From: Malacoraja senta | Lineage: Eukaryota | DNA: 64,000 nt | Assembly (NCBI GenBank): GCA_038087875.1 | Contig: CM075997.1 | Span: 6,822,001 to 6,886,000 of the forward strand | Reading direction: 5' to 3' | Shown: positions 24,803 to 37,136 of the stretch, in pieces | How positions within the stretch are numbered: the stretch's first letter is position 1 | How the letters are laid out: the number at the start of each line of letters is the position of its first letter | Program-made: the position numbers and the translations under genes | Notes under the pieces: model-generated | What the model saw: only the letters and a program-made list of their open reading frames with translations | What the model was told of the DNA's origin: nothing | The model's database searches: none

Positions 24803-25989
24803 GTAACATCACGCACGGCCCACTGAAAACAAATATGATGATTGCATCACAGTGCAATGAACGCCTCTGCTCAAGGGATATTACAAACAATTAATGTTAT
24901 AGTTGTTTACTCGCATTTGCAGAGGTGAATGGTACAAAGTGTATTTGCAAGGACAGAGATTCAGCAGCTTAAATTAAAGTTATCTTGAAATATCTATTAT
25001 TTATCGTTTCAAATAATTGTCATTTATAAAATTCACGAAGGTACATTACATTGGGTGGTGAAATCAGGCAAACATATTTTCAGAATGGGAAGACTGACGC
25101 TTCTCGTTAGCCGTTCCATGGGTTTTAGAGTTCAATCTAAATAATAACAACTGGCGGATGTGATTTAACATAACACATATTTACTCTGTTGTTCTATGTA
25201 CAGTATCCAAAACTTCATTGTTATTACCTGTCAGCCTCGTGAACTTAGCTTTAGTGTGCAGTCAGTTCGAAGTGTCACGATTTTCAAAACAAATATACAA
25301 ATGGTCAATTCATCCAGAAGCATTGGGATCTATCACACTTTTTGATTCAAACATCTGGTGCTAATTTAGTTAAGGTGCTTTAGTGCATAGAACGTTGCCA
25401 TTTTAAATTCATGGAAAATCAGTAAAACAAATTAATGTACTTTTCTGGCACTGCTCGGATTAGTGAAATATCTCCGCCCTGAAAGGCGGCCGAGACTGTA
25501 TTAAACACCTCTCATTATCCTGACTGTAAACGTACTGTTTCCAGAACCTTCGCTCTGATTGTCAATTACGCCCAAAAAACAAGATTTTACTTGAACGGCA
25601 GTGACGTATCCCTTCTCAATGATCAGCAATTTAATTGTTTATCTTTCTGGTGAATGTTCAGTTCATGCCTCCCAGCCTCACTGCTCGCTGCCTGAGGATC
25701 GGCAACAGGAATTGAAGCAGTGTTCAGGTGAAACCAATCAAAAGTCTCTGTACTAAATATTTGGTGAGTGTTTGCTGGTCGATTTGACCGTTTTTTTAAC
25801 TGGTCGACGGGCAGCTCTCTGAACTGGTAAAGGGGAGCACATGGGAAATTTCGCCAACATAAACTGGACAAGTTAACTTCAGCAAGACATTTGCTATGAT
25901 TCTGCGTGGTAGGCTATTCTGTAAGGTTAGATCGCATGGAATGTAGGGGTGGGTACTAACTGATAGGATAGAGATTTTGCTTCATTATT

Positions 25990-26688
25990 CATACGTTCAT
26001 ATGTTCATAACGTCGTTTATTGTCACATGCGCCAATTGGTGTTGTGAAATTCATTGGCCAGGTCAGTCATACCATTTTTAAAAAGCAACAGACTCAGAAA
26101 ACACATTTTAATATAAACAACAATCACAGTGACTCCTACACATTCCTCATGCCCCCCGTTGACGGGACGGCCTTGAGTCCCGCAGCCGGCGGCGTTCGGG
26201 CCCACCGCGTCGAGGCGTTCAGCTCCCGCATCGGGGGGATGTCAGCCCCCCCCGCGCCGGGCAATCAAACCTCGCGTTGGGGCTGGACGAACCTTCTGTG
26301 GCGTTGGATCTCCCGACTAGCCTCTCCCGACACTGCGAGCCCTTGATGGTAAGTCCGCAGGCCGCGGTGGGAGCGATCCCAGGCAAGGGATATGCTCCGA
26401 TGGTATGTCCGCGCCCCGCGGTGGTGCTCACGCCAGTCCTATGCGGCTTCCAGCTCCATCGATGGTAGGCCGCAGAGCCCGGAGAATGTGATCCGAAACT
26501 TGATCACATCTCCGGGAATGATAGAACATGAAAAAATAAGTTTCCCCCGACCACCACCCTCCCCCCCCCGCATAAAACGAACGGAAGAACATTTAAGCAA
26601 ACTTTAAACAAACGCGAAAAATTACAAAAAGGATGAAAAAACTAACAGACTGCCGGCAATGCTGCCATCTCCCCCCTCCGGCGCCCCA
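25990..26688 (-). mobile_element. Unclassified non-autonomous retroposon-like repeat inserted in an old plus-strand CR1 (25860-25985 and 26690-26960)
   Basis: GC-rich body; 3' end GTGACAATAAA plus short tandem tail on the minus strand; same architecture as the repeat at 45590-46325. Confidence 0.5.
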
Positions 26689-26959
26689 AAGGAATCAGAT
26701 GGCGATGGTGGAAGTTTGTATTTCGGACGGGCGGCCTGTGACACGCGGTCTTTCTCCGGGATTGGTGTTGGACCCATTGGTGTTAATATCAACGATTTGG
26801 ACCAGAATGCAGAAGGCGTGCTTAGTAAGTTGCAGATAACACTAAAGTGGATGGTATCGTAGATAACGATGGATATAAAACATCTCAGATGGATCTTGAT
26901 TGGTTGGAAAGTAGCCTGGCGAATTATTAATGGCGTTTATTGCAGTAAGATGCAAGGTT

Positions 26960-29915
26960 AACCTATTCCCCAACACAATATTCCACCACACACCCGTCCC
27001 CCCAATGCAACCCGTTCACCCACTGCAATTTACCACCACTCACCCATAGCCCCTAACCGCGCCTGCGCGGCTGCCGGATTCCGTTGTAAAGCCCCTGATC
27101 CGCCCACCTCCCCACATCCCCGACTCCAACCCTTGCCCTCCCTCACCCCACGCACTCAGTCCATCCCCCGTCAACACCCCCATCCACTCATAGCGGCTCT
27201 CCGACGGCGCAGCCATTCCCACCCGTTATTGTATTGTATTGTATTGTATTCAATTTATTGTCATTCTCACATAAGAGACAACGAAATGGATTTGCCTTAC
27301 AGTCATGTGACATAAAAATAAAGAATAATAAAAAATAAAAAAAAAAAATAAAAAAGCACAAACACAGAAGTCCACGCCACAACATAACCCCACAGCGGCA
27401 CAAAAGTTAAGGACGTTGTGACGTTCAACACGCAGGCGTTACTGCGCAGAAGCAGTTGACGGGCAAGGCAAGTGGAAAAGGGACTTATTAAAGCTGAAAA
27501 TGTGAATAACTTAAAATATAACAACAATTTAAAAGTTCAAGATGAGATTTATTCTCTCCATTCTTTCTTTTTGCGTCTCTTGTTGCGTTCTGCAGCCGGG
27601 GATGGGGCGGCCTGTCGGGGTCCGGTGGGGACAGCTGCCGTGGCCTTCCGCGGCCTTCCGCTATAGGACGCTCACCCCGACCCCCGACAACTCCCCGTCT
27701 GAAGCCCCATCCCAAACTGTAGGACGCCCCCCCAACCGACCCCCGCCTGAAGCCGTCCCGTCCCTCATTGTCCTGCTGTTGGGGACGGGGACGGCTTCAG
27801 GCGGGGGGCCCGGGGGGAGCATGCAGCAGCTGTGGAAGGGACTGCTTAAGTCGGGTGCCGATGGGGGGCAGCGTCCTGCAGGGGGTGAGGGGGGTGGCTT
27901 CAGGAGGGGGCTGTCGGGGGGCGGGGGGTACGTCCTACTGCCGGGGGAGGGGGACGGCTTCAGGCGTGGGCTGTCTGGTGGGGGGGGGGGAGCGACCTGC
28001 AGCTGTGGACGGGACGTCTTGAGGCGGGGACCTGTGGGGGGAGAATGTCCTGCAGCCTGGGGATCGGGACGGCTTCAGGCGGGGGCTGTCGGGCGCCGAT
28101 GGGGGGAGCGACCTGCTGCCGGCGGAAGGGGCGGTCTCAGGCGGGGGCTGTCAAGGGCAGTTGGGGTGGAGCGTCCTACAGCCGGGAGAGGGGGACGGAT
28201 TCAGGCAGGGGCTGTCGGGGGCCAGGGGGGGGGGCAGCGTTCTGCAGTAGGAGGCTGCTTCAGACGCGGCCTGACGGGGGCCGGTGGGGGCAGCGTGCTG
28301 CAGCCGGGGAGGATTCGACTTCAGGCGGGGTCTGTCGGTGGCCGGTGAGGGGGGGATGCGCTGCCGTGGCCTACCGCTGCCTACTCCTGCCGCTGCCTAT
28401 CCGTGCCGCTGCCATGGGCTATCGCTGCCGAGGCCTAACGCTGCCTAAACCTGTCCCAGCCTATCGCTGCCGCTGCCCCTGCCCCAGTCTACCGCTGCCG
28501 CAGCCAAAAGATGCCGTGGCCTGCCGCTCGGGACGGCTTCAGGCGGTGGCCGGTGAGTGGGGAGCCTCTTACAGCGGGGGAGCGTTACACCTTCAGGAGG
28601 GGGCTGTCGGGGCCGGTGCGGAGGGGGGAGGGGGGTGCGACAGTGGGATGGCTTCAGGCGGGGGCTGTCGGCTGACGGTGTGGTTGCGGGTGCTTACTGT
28701 AGCCGGGTGTAGAGGACGGCTTAATTCGGGGGCTAACATGGCCTATCGCTGTCGTGGCCTATATCGCTGCCGCTGCCTACCGCTGTCGCGGCCTATCGCT
28801 GTCGTGGTTTACCGCTGCCGTGGCTGTGGCCTGTCGCTGCCGTGACCTACCCATGCCGCTTCGCACCTGCTTCAGTCGGGAACCAGTGGGTAGCATCCTG
28901 CAGCTGTGGCCGGGGACGGCTTCAGGCGGGGGAAGGTGGGGTTTGGGGGAGCGTCCTGCATCTGGGGACGGCTGCAGGTGGGGACCGGCGGGGGCATCCT
29001 GTAGCCGGCGGGAGCGTCCTGTAGCCGGGGACGGGGACGGTTTCAGTCGGGGTCTGGTTGGGGCGAGGCGTCCTACAGCAGGGGACGAGGGCGGCTTCAA
29101 GCGGATCCGGCGGGAGCGTTGTGTAGCCGGGGAACGGGTACGGCTTCAGGCGGGGCGGGCTGGGACGGTCCTGCAGCCAGGGTAGGGGCACAGGTGTGGG
29201 TAGGGGATGGTGGGGGTAGGGGGGTTGTGGGAGTAGGGGATTGTGCGGGAAGGGAGGGTTGTGAGGGTAGGGGGGTTGTGGGGGTCGGGGAGGGGTTGTG
29301 TGCGGTAGTGGGGATGGGCGTACGTGGTAGGGGAGGGTGCGTGTGGTAGGGGGGAGTGTGGCGGAGTGTGGGCGAGGGGTGTATGTGGTAAGGGAGTGTG
29401 GGGTGGTGTAGGTGTAGTGTGGGGGAGAGGGGTGAGTCAGGGGTGGGTGGGGTGGGGTTTGTAGAGGAGGGGGTTTGTAGGGGAGGAGGGTAGGGGAGGG
29501 GGTGTACAGGGGGCGTAGTGGGGATGTAGGGGGTGTGCAGGGGGGCGGTTGTAGGGGAGCTCCCGCTCGCAGAACCCAGACCCAGCTCGCAGAACACAGT
29601 CCCCGCAAGCAGAACACAGCCCCCGGTCGCAGAACACAGAGCACGGCCCCCGCTCGCGGAACACAGAGCACATTCCCCGCTCGCAGAGCTCAGCTCCCGC
29701 TCGCAGATCACAGCCCCCGCACGCTACGCTCCTTCAGTGTTATAACTTTTCTAATATTTCACCGATCGAAACAAAACATAGTGCGCTTGGAGCAGAGGAG
29801 ATCGGTGAGTAAGATGGCTTAAATATCCTCGCGATATATAGTACCGTTTTTGCGCAAATTTCAAAACAACACAGAGCGGAAGTGGTCAAAATTAGAGTTT
29901 GAGTAGTAGTATAGA
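26960..29915 (-). mobile_element. ~3 kb non-autonomous Helitron-like element filled with GC-rich minisatellites
   Basis: 5' end A|TCTATACTACTACTCAAACTCTAATTTTGACCACTTCCG at 29915. Internal arrays ggggacggcttcaggcggggg (27590-29180), G-rich tract (29180-29560), cccgctcgcagaacacag ~20-mers (29560-29720). The left end resembles the reverse complement of 18645-18675. Confidence 0.5.
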
Positions 29916-30285
29916 TGGGAAATATTTGATAGGAATCTGCGGGATAATTTTATGCAGCAACATGTATATATGGAACGTGCTCTCAGAAGAGTTAGTAGAG
30001 GTAGTAGTCAGAGGAGCGGACGGGAGAGGACAGGATTGGAGATGAGGGGGAGGAGGGGGAGGAAGGGGAGGAGGGGGAAGAGGGGAGGAGGGGAGGAGGG
30101 AAGGAGGGGAGGAGGGGAGGAGGGGAAGAGAAGAGAATAGACGAGGAGAATAGAATTGAAGTGAAGAGAAGAGAAGAGGAAAGGGGGAAGGGGTGAGGAG
30201 GAGCGGACATGTAAGGAGAGTAGACAGGAGATGCGGAGAAGAGAGCAGAGGGTGATGGTGCTCAGGTTTGAAGGCCTGCGACTAA

Positions 30286-31461
30286 AAGGCCTGTCTCACG
30301 AGTCTGCGGTCGTTGGCGGCGAAACGGGAAGAATCTGCCGCCATGGACCGCGCACTCGCGAGAACGCACAATTCCGGGGCCGTGCGGCGGTGTTCCCAAC
30401 ACCGCACGGTGCTGAAATAAAACCTACACTGTTGAAAACTATATTCTTACCGCACAACCTCCACCAGTGATGCACGAGTGCGACACGGCCGCCCGCACGG
30501 GCCGCCGCCAGTGTGGCTCGAGCGCCGTGCGTCAAACTTCCACTGCCACAGCCTCCGCCAATGAGGCACGTGTGCGGCACGGCCGCAGGCAGAGTCACAG
30601 CTACAGCGCCGCGATCAGGACGGCCGCCGCCACAGCCGCCGCTAGTGAGTCACGTGCGGCGGGCCGACGTCATCGCAGTCGGCCCGCCCTTTTTTTTACT
30701 TACCGCAAGCACGTGGGACCAGCCGTATTTGAATTACTCGGCCCCCGCGCAGCATCCGTGCGGCGCTCACGTGGATAGTTTCGGCGCTCTCGCCGTTGCC
30801 GTGCGGTCCACTCTACAGGCGAAGCCGCGCTTCACCGCCGATGACCGCAAACAGGTAAAGGCTCTGTCTTACCTGTTTGCGGTCATCGGCGGTGAACCGC
30901 GGCGTCGCCGGTAGCGGGGACCGCACGGCAACGGCGAGAGCGCCGAGCCTATCCACTGCGGCGCCGCACGGATGCTGCGCGGGGGCCGAGCGATTTAAGT
31001 ACGGCTGGTCCCACGAGCTTGCGGTAAGTTAAAAAAAAGGGCGGGCCGACAGCGATGACGTCATTTCGGATCCGCGGGGCTGTGGCGGCGGCCGTCCTGA
31101 TCGCGGCGCTGTAGCGGTGGCTGTGCCTGCGGCCGTGCCGCACACGTGCCTCACTGGCGGAGGCACGTGCCTCACTGGCGGAGGCTGTGGCAGTGGCGGT
31201 TTGACGCACGGCGCTCGAGCCAAACTGGCGGCGGCCCGTGCGGGCGGCCGTGCCGCACTCGTGCATCACTGGTGGAGGTTGTGCGGTGAGTATATTTTTC
31301 AACATTGTCGGTTTTATTTTAGCACCGTGCGGTGTTGGGAACACCGCCGCACGGCCCCGGAATTGTACGTTCTCACGAGTGCGCGGTCTATGGCGGCAGA
31401 TTCTTCCCGTTTCGCCGCAAATGACCGCAGACACGTGAGACAGGCCTTTAAGACAGAGCCT
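30286..31461. mobile_element. PIF/Harbinger-like MITE A (30286-31461) containing inverted sister copy B (30859-31448)
   Basis: Imperfect TIRs AAGGCCTGTCTCAC / AGGCTCTGTCTTAC. TAA TSDs at 30283-85 and 31462-64 (A), and 30856-58 and 31449-51 (B). Confidence 0.85.
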
Positions 31462-31744
31462 TAATGGTGTACCTCAGCGTTCGTAGCTGGGCCCGTCCCT
31501 TTTTGTAATCTACAACAATGATGTAGATGAGAACATGCAGGGCAAGATTAGCAAGATTGCTGATGATATAAAAGTGAGTGTATTTTTTAGATAGTGAAGA
31601 TGGTGGTGACATATTGCAGCAATATTTGTATCGATTGGCCAGGTGTGTTGAGGAATGGTTGGTTGATTTACCAACAGAGAAGTGTGAGATGTTGCATTTT
31701 GGGACCTCTAACTAGGGCAGTAGCTACACGGTGAATATACAGTC

Positions 31745-34700
31745 GACAATAGACAATAGGTGCAGGAGTAGGCCATTCGACCCTTCGAGCCAGCACCGCC
31801 ATTCAACGTGATCATGGCTCATCATCCCCAATCAGTACCCCGTTCCTGCTTTTTCCCCATATCCCCTGACTCGCAATCTTTTAGAGCCCTATCTCGCTCT
31901 CTCTTAAACGTATGCAGAAAACCGGCTTCCACCGCCCTCTGAAAGAGAATTCCACTGACTCACAACTCTCTGTGTGAAAAAGAGTTTCCACATCTCGGTT
32001 ACCATTTACTCTTAAACTGTGGCCCCTGGTTCTGGGCTCCGCCAACTACGGGAACATGTTTCCTGCCTCTAGCGTATCCAAACCCTTTTATAATCATATG
32101 TTTCATTAAGATTCCCTATCCTCCTTCCAAATTCCAGAGTATACATGCCCAGTCGCTCCAATCTCTCAGCATATGGCTGTCCCCCCATCCCGGGAATGAA
32201 CGTTGTAAACCTACGCTACACTCACTCAATAGCAAGAATGCCCTTCATCAAATTAGGGGACCAAAATGTAACACAATACTCCAGGTGTGGTCTCACTGGG
32301 GCCCTGTACAACTGCAGAAGGAGCTCTTTGCTCCAATGCGTACCTCCACTTGTTATCAAGGCCTACATGCCGTCAGCTATCTTAACTGCCTGCTGTGCCT
32401 GCATGCTTACTTTCATTGACCGATGAACAAGGACCCCGAGATCCCGTTGTACTTCCCCTTTTCCCAACTTGACACCATTTAGATAATAATCTGCCTTCCT
32501 GTTTTGCTACCGAAATGGATAACCTCACATTTATCCACATTAAACTGCATCTGCCATGCAACTTCCCAACCTGTCCAGGTCACCCTGCGTTCTCATAGCA
32601 TCCTTCTTACAGTTCAAAAGGCCACACAGTTTTATGTCATCTGGATATTTGTTAATGTTACTTTGAATCCCTTCATCTAAATTATTGATATGTATTGTAA
32701 ATAGCTGCAGTCCCAGCACTGAGCCAAGCGGTACCCCTTTAGTCACTGCCTGCCATTCTGAAAGGGGCCCGTTAATCCCTACTCTATGTTTCCTGTCTGC
32801 CAAGTAAAAGGCTCTGTCCGACGGGTTTGCGGTCGTTGGCGGTGAAGCGCGGCGTCGCCGGAAGAGGGGACCGCATGGCAACCACGAGAGCGCCGCACGG
32901 ATGCTGCGCGGGGGGGCCAAGTACGGCCGGTTCAACGAGCTTGCGATTTCGGCTGATGACGTCTTTCGGATCGCGGGGCTGTGGCGGCGGCCGTGCCGCA
33001 CACGTACTTCACTAGCGGCGGCCGTGCCTCACTGGCGGCGGCTGTGGCGGCGGCCGTGCCGCACACGTGCCTCACTTGCGGAGGCTGTGGCGGTGCAGGT
33101 TCGACTTACGGTGCTCGTGCCTCACTGGCGGCGGCTGTGGCGGCGGCCGTGCCGCACTCGTGCCTCACTGGCGGCGGCTGTGCGGTAAAGGCCTGTCGCA
33201 CGAGTCTGCGGTCATTGGCGGCAAAACAGGAACTATCTATCGCTCCTGGGCCGCCAGAGACCGCGGGCTCGGTCAAACGCACAATTCCGGGTCGTGCGGC
33301 GTTGTTCCCAACACCGCACGGTGCTAAAAAAAACCCAACACTGTTCAAAACTATGTTCCAAACTATGTGGCCGCCGCCACAGCTGCCGCCAGTGTGGCAC
33401 GAGCGCCGCGAGTAGCACCTTCACCGCCACAGCCTCCGCCAGTGAGGCACGTGTGCGGCACGGCCGCCGCCTCAGCGGCCGCCACAGCCCCGCAGATCCG
33501 AAATGACGTCATCGCAGTCGGCCCGCCTTTTTTTTTAACTTACCGCAAGCTCGTGGGACCAGCCGTACTTAAATCGCTCGGCCCCGTGCAGCATCCGTGC
33601 GGCGCTCCCGCGGCATAGGCTCGGAGTTCTCGCAGTTGCCGTGCGGTCCGCTCTACCGGCGACGCCGCGCTTCACCGCTGATGACCGCAACACCGTGAGA
33701 CAGAGCCTGTAGGAACATATTTTTGGACAGTGTTGGTTTTTTTTAGCACCGTGCGGTGTTGGGAACAACGCCGCACGGCCCCGGAATTGTGCGTTTGACC
33801 GAGCCCGCGGTGTCTGGCGGCCCAGGAGCGGTAGATAGTTCCTGTCTCGCCGCCAATGACCGCAGACTCGTGAGACAGGCCTTTAATTTTCTATCCATGT
33901 CAGCACTCCACCCCCAATAAAATGTGCTCTAATTTCGCCCATTAATCTCCTATGTGGGACCTTATGAAATGTTTTCTGAAAGTCTATGTACACTACATGC
34001 ACTTGCTCTCCCTTGTCCATTTTCCTAGTTAAATCCTCAAAAGATTCCAGAAGATTAGTCAAGCATTATGTCCCCTTCGTAAATCCATGCTGACTCGGAC
34101 CGATCCTGTTACTGCTATCCAAATGTGCCGCTATTTCATGTTTTATGATTGACTCCATCATCTTCCCCACCAATGATGTCAGGCTAACTGGTCTATAATT
34201 CCTTGTTTTCTTTCTCCCGCCTATCTTAAAATGTGGCATAACATCAGCTACCCTCCAATCCATAGGAAATGATTCTGCATCGATAGGGCATTGGAAAATA
34301 ATCACCAACGTGCCACGAATTCTAGAGCCAATTCCTGAAGTACGCTGGGATGCAGACCATTAGGCCCTGGGGAATTATCAGCCTTCAGTCCCATCAGTCT
34401 ATCCAACACCATTTCCTGCCTAATGTGGATTTTCTTTACTTCCTCCGTCACCCCAGATCCTCTGGCCACTAGTACACCAGGAAGATTGTTTGTATCCTCC
34501 TTACTGATGACGTATCCAAGGTACCTGTTCAACTCATCTGCCATTTTCTTGTTCCCCATAATAAATGCACCTGTTTTAGTCTTCAAGGGTCCAACTTTGG
34601 TCTTAATTTTTCCCATCTTCACATACCTAATGAAGCTTTTAATATCCTCCTTTATATTCTTGGCTTGCTTACCTTCGTACCTCATCTTAGCTCAACGTAT

Positions 34701-37136
34701 TGCCTTTTCAGTTATCTTCTGTTGCTCTTTAAACATTACCCAATCCTCTTGCTTTCCGCTCATTTTTGCTACGTTGTACGTCCTCTCTTTTATTTTTATA
34801 CTGTCGCTAACGTCCCTTGTCAGCCACCATCGCTCCTTACTCCCGTTGGAATATTTCGTCCTCTTTGGAATGAACTGATCCTGCACCTTCTGTATTATTC
34901 CCAGAAATACCTGCCATTGTTGTTCCACTGTCATCCCTGCTAGGGTATCTTTCCAGTCCACTTTGGCCAGCTCCTCCCTCATGGCTCCATAGTCCCCTTT
35001 GTTCAAAAGGAACACTGACACCTACGATTTACTCTTCTCCCTCTCAATTAATCTTACCATATTATGGTCACTACCTAATGGCTCCTTAACCTCAAGATCC
35101 CTTATCAAATCCGGTTCATTACAAAACACTAAATTTAGAAATGCCTTCTCCCTGATAGGCTCCAATACAAGCTGCTCTAGAATACATCACCGAGGCACAC
35201 CACAAACTCCCTTTCTCGGGGTCCAGTACCAACTTGATTTTCCCAGTCTACCAGCGTGTTAAAACCTCCCATAACAACCGCAGCATTGCCTGTACGACGC
35301 CTATTTTAACTCCTGATTCAACGTGCACCCTATATCCAGGCTACAGTTTGCGGGCCTGTTGATAATTCCCATTCTGGTCCTTATGCCCTTACAATTCCTT
35401 ACTTCTATCCATACTGACTCCACATCTCCTGTATCAATATCACCCCTTGCAAGGGATTGAATTATATTCCTCACCAACAGAGATACCCAACCCCTGTCTG
35501 TCTTTTCGATAGGAGGTATACCCTTGAATATTCAGTTCCCAGCCATGACCCTCTTGCAGCCATGTCTCTGTAACTCCCACAACATCATACATGTCAATTT
35601 GTAACTGAGCTTCAAGCTTGTCCACTTTATTTCTTATAATTCGCGCATTCATCTGCAACTATTTGACTTATGTATTCACATCCCCTCTGACACCGCTCGC
35701 AATTGGTCCTGACCTTACTCTGTTATCCCTTCTCGAACGTTCATTCCCATTAATTCGGTAGTCTTTTGTAACTTTTCCTGTACTCACTTCTCCTTTAACT
35801 CTATCTTTATACTCCCAATTTGTCAATCCCTCTCCCCCACTATTGCGTTTAAACCCACACGTGTGGCCCTAGCAAACCTGCCTGCCAGAACGTCGTTCCC
35901 CCTTCAGTTAAGGCGTAACACGTCCCTTTTGTACAGGTCACCCTTACCCCAGAAGAGATCCCAGTGATCTATAAATCTAAATCCTTGCTCCCTGCACCAG
36001 CCGCTCAGCAACACATTCAGTTCCCCTATCTCCCTGTTCCTTTCCTCACTAGCACGAGGTACTGGAAGCAATCCAGACATAACCACCCTAGAAGTCCTGC
36101 TTTTCAATCTTCTTCCTAACTCTCTAAACTCGCGTTGCAGAACCTCCTTTCTCTTTTCCCGATGTCGTTTGTGCCTACGTGCACAACTACTGTCGGCTGT
36201 TCACCTTCCCTCTCGAGGATGTACTGAATTCGGTTGGTGACAAATTGAACCCAGGCACCAGGGATGCAACAGACCATCCCCGCGTCTCGTCTGCCGCCAC
36301 AGAATCTCCTGGCAGTCCTTGGACAATTGAGTCACCCACCACTATGGCTCTGCCCGACGTCGGTCTGGCCGGTCGAGTCCCATTTCTAGGATTGGAGGCA
36401 CCGACCTGTCCGGAGCTCGGACTGAAAGCGTCGTCTCCTCGACAGCTCCCAAGAGGGCGTATCTGTTTTCATTAGGCACAGCCGCCTGGGTCTTCTGCCC
36501 TCCACGGTTACTCACCTTTCTCTTAACCACACACCTTCGTTCTTCCTGTATCCTTGGTGTGACGACCTCACAGTAGTTCGTGTCCAGGAAACTCTCGTTA
36601 TCTAGTATGGACCTGAGGTCATCCAGCTGCTTCTCCAGTGCCCCATCACGGACCTTCAGGCGTTGCCTCTGGACACACATGCCACAGTTGTTGCTTCTAG
36701 AGGCTCCATCCGTGTCCCAGGCCTCCCACATCCTGCAAACACCACACTGCCTCATCTTACCAGTCATTTGATCACCGCGTCCCGTCCTCTGCAGCTTTTT
36801 GCGTAGTCTCCTCTCCTCCGCCTCCTCGCCGAAGAATCTTGAGCCATAGACTCGCACTTTTTTCACAAGGCACTTCCTCGACAAGGCGCTCCCCGACAGT
36901 AAACCCTGCTTAAGTGGCCCAATTTGCCACTTAGCCAATTAACCAATTTGCGAATTGAATTCCTCAGCCAATCACCGAACTCCCTCCTGCCGCTCCCGAG
37001 CTTGAAGGAATGTGTTCCTTGCTGGCCGCGCCAGGTTTTAAATTAACCGCTCCTGAAAGGCAACACAAAGAAACACCCAAGAGCTTATCTTACAGCCAAT
37101 TATCGAACTCCCTCCTGCCGCTCCCGAACTTGAAGG
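31745..37136 (-). mobile_element. Near full-length CR1 LINE (5'UTR, ORF1 with Cys motif and SGNH esterase, ORF2 APE-RT, tail), decayed
   Basis: ORF1: QCGVCRMWE..NCGMC; VVMSGLLPVPRASEERNREI..DHWDLFWG..LYKRD. ORF2: NARIIRNKVDKL..VGVTETWL; NSPGPNGLHP; NYRPVSLTS; VPLGSVLGLQLF; KYPDDIKL. Confidence 0.92.
32808..33883. mobile_element. PIF/Harbinger-like MITE C (32808-33883) containing inverted sister copy D (33188-33708)
   Basis: Same TIRs. TSD TAA at 32805-07 and 33884-86 (C); TSD GTA at 33185-87 and 33709-11 (D). Interrupts the CR1 RT. Confidence 0.85.

Noticed and set aside
26645..26690. HDV-like ribozyme at the 5' end of the GC-rich retroposon-like repeats (also ~45590)
   Set aside because: I could not build the nested double pseudoknot by eye; a descriptor-based search would be needed.
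27542..29822. Gly/Pro/Arg-rich ORFs of 200-270 aa
   Set aside because: Stop-poor GC-rich tandem repeats, open in several frames on both strands, with no domain signature.
30271..30285. aaggcctgcgactaa as an extra MITE TIR
   Set aside because: It is host CR1 coding sequence that continues as tggtgtacctcag after the insertion.
30231..33768. CpG-island promoter or Ala-rich genes
   Set aside because: Fully explained by four MITE copies bounded by TIRs and TSDs.
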